A DNA stretch of 64,000 nt, from the NCBI GenBank assembly GCA_030614255.1, contig JAUWKI010000004.1, positions 4 to 64,003 of the forward strand, given 5' to 3'. Numbering within the stretch: position 1 is the first letter of the stretch; every line of letters begins with the position of its first letter. A program made the position numbers and the translations under genes. The stretch comes from Actinomycetes bacterium. Its GTDB lineage: Bacteria; Actinomycetota; Aquicultoria; UBA3085; Oleimmundimicrobiaceae. Shown here piece by piece: positions 59,213 to 64,000 of this stretch. The notes below the pieces were generated by a model. That model did no database searches and had not been told where the DNA came from. It saw nothing but the letters and a program-made list of their open reading frames with translations.

Positions 59213-60292
59213 TCAGTTCGTATCTTTATCCGTCTTTACCTTGTCACCATCTTTTAATTTTTCGGTTCCCGAGATGATAACCTCATCACCGATTTTTATA
59301 TCTCTTCTTATCTCAACATGCGTATCGTCGGAAAGACCCACTTCAACTTCCCGCTCCTCGACAACGTTATCCTTTAAAACAAAAACTACATCTTTCCCGT
59401 CTCTTTCCAACACCGCCTCTATCGGCACCGTGACAACATTATCTTTTGTGGTCTCTATAACATCTGCACTACCATTCATGCCAATTTTTAAATCGAGAGG
59501 CGTCGATTCAAGCTCAATCTCAACGGGGAAAACTGTAGCACCCGTGGCCGTAACTGAGGATATGGAGCCAATCTTAACTACCTTCCCTCCAACAAGTTCG
59601 TTTGGATACGCGTCTATTACAACCTCGGCCTCTTGCCCCATTTCTATCCTTCCGACATCGGTTTCATCCACATTTGCAACAAAATTCATCTTGCTTAAAT
59701 CAGCTACGGTAAAAAGGACTTGCCCTTGTTGGACAGCACTTCCAATAATCAATTCGCCACCCTGTCCCATCGTTCCCGAAGTCGATGTCGAGTAGATAAG
59801 AATTCCATCTATTGGAGCTGTTATTTTTACATTCGCAAGGTTCTTTTTGGCAATCTCATAAGCCATCTCGGCTTGCTCAACCTGAGCTTCGGCCGCATCT
59901 AACTCCTCGTCAGAGGTTCGTGGAATCGAATCCAGTTTTTCCAAATTTGCCTTGGCGGAAAGATGCGCTGCATATGCCTGCTTCTCCGCAAAATTTAATT
60001 GCTCCTCATCTAATTCGAGAATCATATCATCCTTTTTTACTTTGGAGCCATCCTTGGCAAGAAGTGCTTTAATTGTGCCACTTACATTCGCCGTCACTTC
60101 TTCTTGATTTCTCGCTTCGAGTTCCCCTGATGCGGAAACAACAATAGAGATGGTGCCCTTCGTTGCTTTTGCCACCTCTACCTCAGTCACACCATTTCTA
60201 AGGAAGAAAAATCCAACCAGTCCAATTAAAATTAAAGCAATCAAAACAGAAATAATCACCCAAGTCTTTTTCTTCATATTAATCCTCCCCAT
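59213..60292 (-). CDS. Efflux periplasmic adaptor protein (HlyD/MacA family)
   Basis: N-terminal TM anchor, coiled-coil and beta-barrel/lipoyl-like segments. Overlaps the marR stop. Confidence 0.8.
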   Translation of the reverse strand: MGRINMKKKTWVIISVLIALILIGLVGFFFLRNGVTEVEVAKATKGTISIVVSASGELEARNQEEVTANVSGTIKALLAKDGSKVKKDDMILELDEEQLNFAEKQAYAAHLSAKANLEKLDSIPRTSDEELDAAEAQVEQAEMAYEIAKKNLANVKITAPIDGILIYSTSTSGTMGQGGELIIGSAVQQGQVLFTVADLSKMNFVANVDETDVGRIEMGQEAEVVIDAYPNELVGGKVVKIGSISSVTATGATVFPVEIELESTPLDLKIGMNGSADVIETTKDNVVTVPIEAVLERDGKDVVFVLKDNVVEEREVEVGLSDDTHVEIRRDIKIGDEVIISGTEKLKDGDKVKTDKDTN

Positions 60293-60743
60293 GATTTCTT
60301 AAACCGGCTACAATAGCAGGCGATATCCTCTGACAAATTGCAAATAAATCCTCAAAATCTTCATCATTAATTTTTTCAAGCAAAGACACAAGTCTTTCTC
60401 GCCGCTTCTCCTGCACCTTTACAATGACACTCTTCCCTTTGTCGGTTAGATAAACGCGGACAACTCTTCTGTCTTTTTCATCCCGCTGGCGTTTAAGATA
60501 GCCGTCGCGAACGAGTCGGTCGACTATGCCCGTTGCCGTTCCAAAGTTTAAAGAGAGCAGCTCCGCAAGCTCGCTCATCTTACGGCTACCTTTTGCATCA
60601 ATCATCATCATGACAAAAAACTGAGGCATGGTTAGCCCCACCTCAGTAGCCAAGATTTTTTCTTTTCCCCTAAAATCGTGAAAGAAATTCGTTAAAAAAG
60701 TGTCTAGTTTTTCTGCATAAATTTCAGCTCTTTTTCTATCCAT
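60279..60743 (-). CDS. MarR-family transcriptional regulator
   Basis: 154-aa winged-helix MarR pattern. First gene of the efflux operon. Confidence 0.85.
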   Translation of the reverse strand: MDRKRAEIYAEKLDTFLTNFFHDFRGKEKILATEVGLTMPQFFVMMMIDAKGSRKMSELAELLSLNFGTATGIVDRLVRDGYLKRQRDEKDRRVVRVYLTDKGKSVIVKVQEKRRERLVSLLEKINDEDFEDLFAICQRISPAIVAGLRNHGED

Positions 60744-60875
60744 TTTCCCTCATTTATTTGAATTGCAAATATTTTGTATTCCAAAGTATATCTCTTCGAA
60801 GAGGTAGCGTCAAGGGGAAGTGTCCAGCCTCCAGAGAACCAGTTGAAGTAAAGTTTTAATAGAAGATTGCTTGTG

Positions 60876-61153
60876 CCTGCCCGCCTCTGGCGGGGCTGAT
60901 AGCGTATGGCAGATAGCAGATGGTGAATGGAATACAGAGTATAGAATGTGGAATATAGTAAAATCAGTAATTTGGCCGGCAAACTACCGACTTCCCACTA
61001 AGAGACTACCGACTGATTGGTAATGGGTATAGTTAAATGAAAAATGGAGAATGAAAAAATAAAAATGTCTTTAAGGATTTTTGTAAGACCAGCAATCTAG
61101 AAAACTTTTTCATTTTTCTATGTAGTTCTACCTGCCCACTGATAGGCACGGTG
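60876..61153. repeat. Composite repeat element B-A-D in inverted orientation, plus module C (inverted) at 61131-61153
   Basis: Reverse complement of 60974-61018 is CCAATCAGTCGGTAGTCTCTTAGTGGGAAGTCGGTAGTTTGCCGGCC, matching 38291-38336. Confidence 0.7.
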
Positions 61154-61205
61154 TTTTTAGTTTTTATTTTATGCCGGCAACTGGAAGCTGGTGGCTGAGA
61201 GATAG

Positions 61206-61475
61206 ATGACCGTGCACCCGCCTTCGACATTAAACTACAAGCGAAATCCCGACAGTTAACTCCAGTCAGGTGAACCTGCGGCACCCGGTAGTTCTTGCTT
61301 ACCGCTGCTTCCTTCCGGACCTGACGGGGTTCACAAGCTGCCGTCGCACAGGACCCAACCTTCAATGCCACTTATCAAAATTCCGTTCTCATAGCCAATG
61401 CCTCCGGAGGGAATTCAGTCCCGCTATAGCGGATTGCGGGTACAGGGCACCGCTAACTCCCCACTTAGCACGGTC
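61206..61475 (-). ncRNA. ffs: Signal recognition particle RNA, long (Bacillus/archaeal type with Alu domain)
   Basis: Minus-strand sequence contains CAGGTCCGGAAGGAAGCAGC (domain IV). The 5' region GGTGCCCTGTACCCGCAATCCGC aligns with the B. subtilis scRNA Alu domain. Ends GACCGTGC/GCACGGTC pair. Confidence 0.75.
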
Positions 61476-61508
61476 AAAGAAATTATAACATCTTTTGTTT
61501 TTATAATT

Positions 61509-61602
<94 letters not shown>

Positions 61603-61758
61603 CGACCCCTCCCAAAAACAGCTAATAGTTTATAGTTTCCAGTCATAAATTTCGAGTATCCACAGGATTAGAAGTGAATGGTAAAAACTGCTTTTATTTC
61701 TTGCTTTTCACTCTTTGCTCTCATCTACCGACTGTCGACTCCTCACTACCAACTAAAT

Positions 61759-61852
61759 TGGCGGAGAGGGAGGGATTCGAACCCTCGTCCCGCCGTAAGG
61801 CAGGAAACGGTTTTCGAGACCGCCGCACTCGGCCAGACTATGCGACCTCTCC
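61759..61852 (-). tRNA. tRNA-Ser (anticodon CGA), CCA encoded, long variable arm
   Basis: 94 nt. Acceptor GGAGAGG/CCTCTCC. Anticodon loop CTCGAAA. T-loop GGTTCGAATCC. Confidence 0.85.
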
Positions 61853-61862
61853 AAGGGCTATT

Positions 61863-62309
61863 TTAGCGTCTTTTCCTGAAAAAGTCTTGCAAGAGTTTGC
61901 GGCATTCTTCTTCGCAAACTCCAGAGATTACGGTGGTTTGATGATTCAATCGCGCGTCATTTGTAATGTTGTAAAGAGTGCCTGCCGCGCCGGCTTTTAT
62001 GTCAGGCGCTCCATAAATCAACTCATCCACCCGTGCCTGAAAAATAGCTCCCGCGCACATTGGGCAAGGTTCTTTGGTAACAAAGAGCTTACAATCCGAA
62101 AGCCGCCAACTTCCTAAATGCTTTGCCGCCCGCTGGATAGCTAAAATTTCGGCATGGGCCGTGGGATCTTGTCTCTTTTCGCATTCGTTGCGCGCTTTCG
62201 CAATAATATCGCCCTTAAAAACAACAATGGCGCTTACCGGCACCTCATCTTCAGAAGCTGCTTTTTTCGCTTCTCCTATGGCAATTTCCATGTATTCTTC
62301 ATCCGTCAT
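61863..62309 (-). CDS. tadA: tRNA-specific adenosine deaminase
   Basis: HAE...PCPMCAGA CDA zinc motifs. 148 aa. Confidence 0.9.
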   Translation of the reverse strand: MTDEEYMEIAIGEAKKAASEDEVPVSAIVVFKGDIIAKARNECEKRQDPTAHAEILAIQRAAKHLGSWRLSDCKLFVTKEPCPMCAGAIFQARVDELIYGAPDIKAGAAGTLYNITNDARLNHQTTVISGVCEEECRKLLQDFFRKRR

Positions 62310-62448
62310 ATTTCAACCCAACTAAATTTTGCCAGCCCTAAAAAACTCGCGAATTTCCCTAACACTTCCGCATTCGATAAATCTGTTTTTTGCTCCCGAC
62401 TCCTCACTGCTAACTATCAACTATTTGCTTTGCAAATTTATTGGTGCG

Positions 62449-62500
62449 CCTGACAGGAGTCGAACCTGCAACCTTTGGATCCGTAGTCCGTTCAGATAGC
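62449..62500 (-). other. tRNA-like 3' fragment (T-arm + acceptor 3' strand + ACCA) without a matching 5' half
   Basis: Minus-strand GCAGGTTCGACTCCTGTCAGGCGCACCA. No complementary GCGCCTG 5' acceptor or D/anticodon arms could be found upstream. Confidence 0.4.
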
Positions 62501-63212
62501 TCACGGTTAAATCAGTTAGAGCCAACCACCCGTTTTAAGTGCGAAAATTAAAACAAGCTTCCCGAACAAATGTTTGGAAAATGGCTAAATCTGAAAATTT
62601 TGTTACTTTTTTGGTGCTATCAGATATCAATTTCCAAAGTTCAAACGCGCTAAAATATAGTAGCAGAATTCGAGCATAAAAAAAAGAAGCTCTGGGGAGA
62701 CTGAAGAAAATCCTTACTTAGAGATTTTGTTACTATGATGTTACCCCTAACGCCTGCCATCACCAGTGGGCGGGGCTAACTGGACTATCTTCGAACTTTT
62801 AAGCGAGCATATTTCCAATAATCCGATAGATGAGAAGGTGCTGGATTTTTTGCTTGAGGTGGCGTAAAAATAAGGATTTACAGGATTTTGAAGTATCAGT
62901 TTCCTTTACAAAATACTCCCCGAGAGCTTCTTCCTTATTTAAAGACTGAACATAAAACTCCAGCTAAACGGATTAATGAGAGCACTTTAAAGCAGTCTTT
63001 AGAGGCGGATTAATGGTTTAGTATGGGGAAATTAAAGAAAAAAACGAACTACTGTGCTTTAATTCTTTTCTTACTCATTCTCTGTGGTTGTTTATTCGAA
63101 AAAACAGCGTTTGGATCTTTGTATCCAAGTGCTGTTCATTTCAAAAAGTGTGCTATGCTCTGTTTGAAAAACTGTGAATAGACACAAATATTTTAACATT
63201 CTTCTCGTTCCT

Positions 63213-63536
63213 TTAAGACAAATCAAGATGAGTTTTAATTGCCTCACCTATTTTTAGCATATCTTCAGACGAAAGAACTCCAAATCGACCGGTCAAGCGC
63301 TTTTTACTTACAGTCGCCAACTGATCCGCCATTGCTTTGCTTTTTGTCTTATTCACGATAACGTAAGCTTCACTGGGATAGCAACGCTCAATATTGCTGG
63401 TTACCGGAACAACCTGGACACGATTGAGAAATTTATTTGCTGCGTTATTACTCACTATAACGGCTGGGCGTTTCTTTTGAATCTCTCCCCCTATTGATGG
63501 CTCAAAATTGACCCACCAGACTTCACCACGCTTCAT
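63213..63536 (-). CDS. mazF: MazF/PemK-family endoribonuclease toxin
   Basis: 107 aa. GEVWWVNF...KRPAVIVS...VPVTS signature. Confidence 0.8.
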   Translation of the reverse strand: MKRGEVWWVNFEPSIGGEIQKKRPAVIVSNNAANKFLNRVQVVPVTSNIERCYPSEAYVIVNKTKSKAMADQLATVSKKRLTGRFGVLSSEDMLKIGEAIKTHLDLS

Positions 63537-63753
63537 TGTAACTATCTCCGAAAGTGGCTTCCGCCCATCCTAATGCCTCTTTTTCTCGCCCTACATCTTT
63601 TGACATTTGCTTGTAAGCTAATCCAAGATTTTCTTTTATTACGTATGGACGAACTAAGCCCTCAATAAATTTACCGATTTTCCCTCGCCCTATCCGTGCG
63701 TGGAGACCTTCATAAACTTTTTCATCAATTGTAATTGTAAGCTTCTTTTGCAT
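63523..63753 (-). CDS. Putative cognate antitoxin (RHH-like N-terminus)
   Basis: 76 aa. Overlaps toxin start by 14 nt. N-terminal LTITIDEKVYEGL beta-strand/helix pattern. Confidence 0.45.
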   Translation of the reverse strand: MQKKLTITIDEKVYEGLHARIGRGKIGKFIEGLVRPYVIKENLGLAYKQMSKDVGREKEALGWAEATFGDSYNEAW

Positions 63754-63816
63754 GACCTTAAGACTCCTTTCATTTTTATACGTACATTATACGTATAATC
63801 TTAGTTGATGTCAAGA
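63753..63816 (-). promoter_or_regulatory. Sigma70-type promoter and palindromic operator of the toxin-antitoxin operon
   Basis: On the minus strand: TTGACA (63809-63814), 17-nt spacer, TATAAT (63786-63791). Overlapping inverted repeat TATACGTA-CAT-TACGTATA. AAAGGAG RBS before the ATG. Confidence 0.5.
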
Positions 63817-64000
63817 TTTACAACAGCTGAAAAGAGGGGAAATAAATTTGAAAAAATTTTAGAGTAAAGATATTGTGAAATTAAATGGTCTATCTTCTTT
63901 CAACTTTAGAGGGAAATTGATAAAAGTTGTTGAAAATTAACAACGATCTGTTTGTAAAAGAAGCTTGATAGCTTAGTTTGTGTTAAGGATATAGTTTACA

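Noticed and set aside
61140-61480. RNase P RNA
   Set aside because: GGTGAACCTGCGG looked P-RNA/rRNA-like. The hallmark RNase P motifs (GGAAAGTCCGG, AGGGTGAAA, ACAGAACCCGGCTTA) are absent. The sequence matches the SRP RNA domain IV and Alu domain instead.
61674-62117. 147-aa plus-strand ORF
   Set aside because: Overlaps tRNA-Ser(CGA) and is antisense to tadA. Spurious.
62449-62800. tmRNA (ssrA) ending in the tRNA-like 3' fragment
   Set aside because: No 5' acceptor strand complementary to CAGGCGC. No GGATTCGAC-like D-analog. No recognisable tag-peptide reading frame ending in ALAA/LAA-stop in the 350 nt upstream.

Overview
Anaerobic bacterial chromosome segment. The first ~25 kb is almost entirely a minus-strand Wood-Ljungdahl / acetyl-CoA pathway supercluster, then housekeeping genes, a ~20 kb accessory-looking metal-chelatase/transporter block, and a stable-RNA locus at the far end.

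Minus-strand gene order, read from high to low coordinate: fhs; RACo (CFeSP reductive activator); cooC; folD; acsD; a NuoE-like / NuoF-like / ferredoxin / formate-dehydrogenase-like module; cooS(acsA); acsB; acsC; two HdrA-like genes; mvhD; metV; metF; hdrC; hdrB; a core-MetE-like methyltransferase. No acsE (MeTr) is visible in the window. The FdhA-like alpha subunit has its active-site Sec/Cys-His replaced by Leu-Gly.

Downstream are a LytTR two-component pair, a [FeFe]-hydrogenase-like sensor fused to GGDEF, asd, lysC, a four-subunit 2-oxoacid:ferredoxin oxidoreductase, recR-ybaB-dnaX, and an MFS transporter. The accessory-looking block (about 42-60.7 kb) holds a PQQ-propeller lipoprotein, a lipoprotein fused to a polytopic domain, an ECF-type ATPase and T component, CobN split by one in-frame TAA, an ABC-2 exporter, a ChlI/ChlD-like AAA+/vWA protein, a RAYT/IS200-like transposase with inverted repeats, and a MarR-MacAB efflux operon.

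The last 3 kb carries a Bacillus-type long SRP RNA, two tRNA-Ser genes, tadA, a tRNA-like 3' fragment, AT-rich DNA and a MazEF-like toxin-antitoxin pair with a canonical promoter. This may be the edge of an integrated element.

A modular interspersed repeat family (CAGCCAT heptads, a CCTGCCCGCC...GGCAGGCGGG hairpin module, an AGTCGGTAG module, a CACCGTGCCTACC-GCAGGCAG module) fills many intergenic gaps and occurs twice, in different reading frames, inside the ChlD-like coding sequence.

No CRISPR array and no rRNA were seen.
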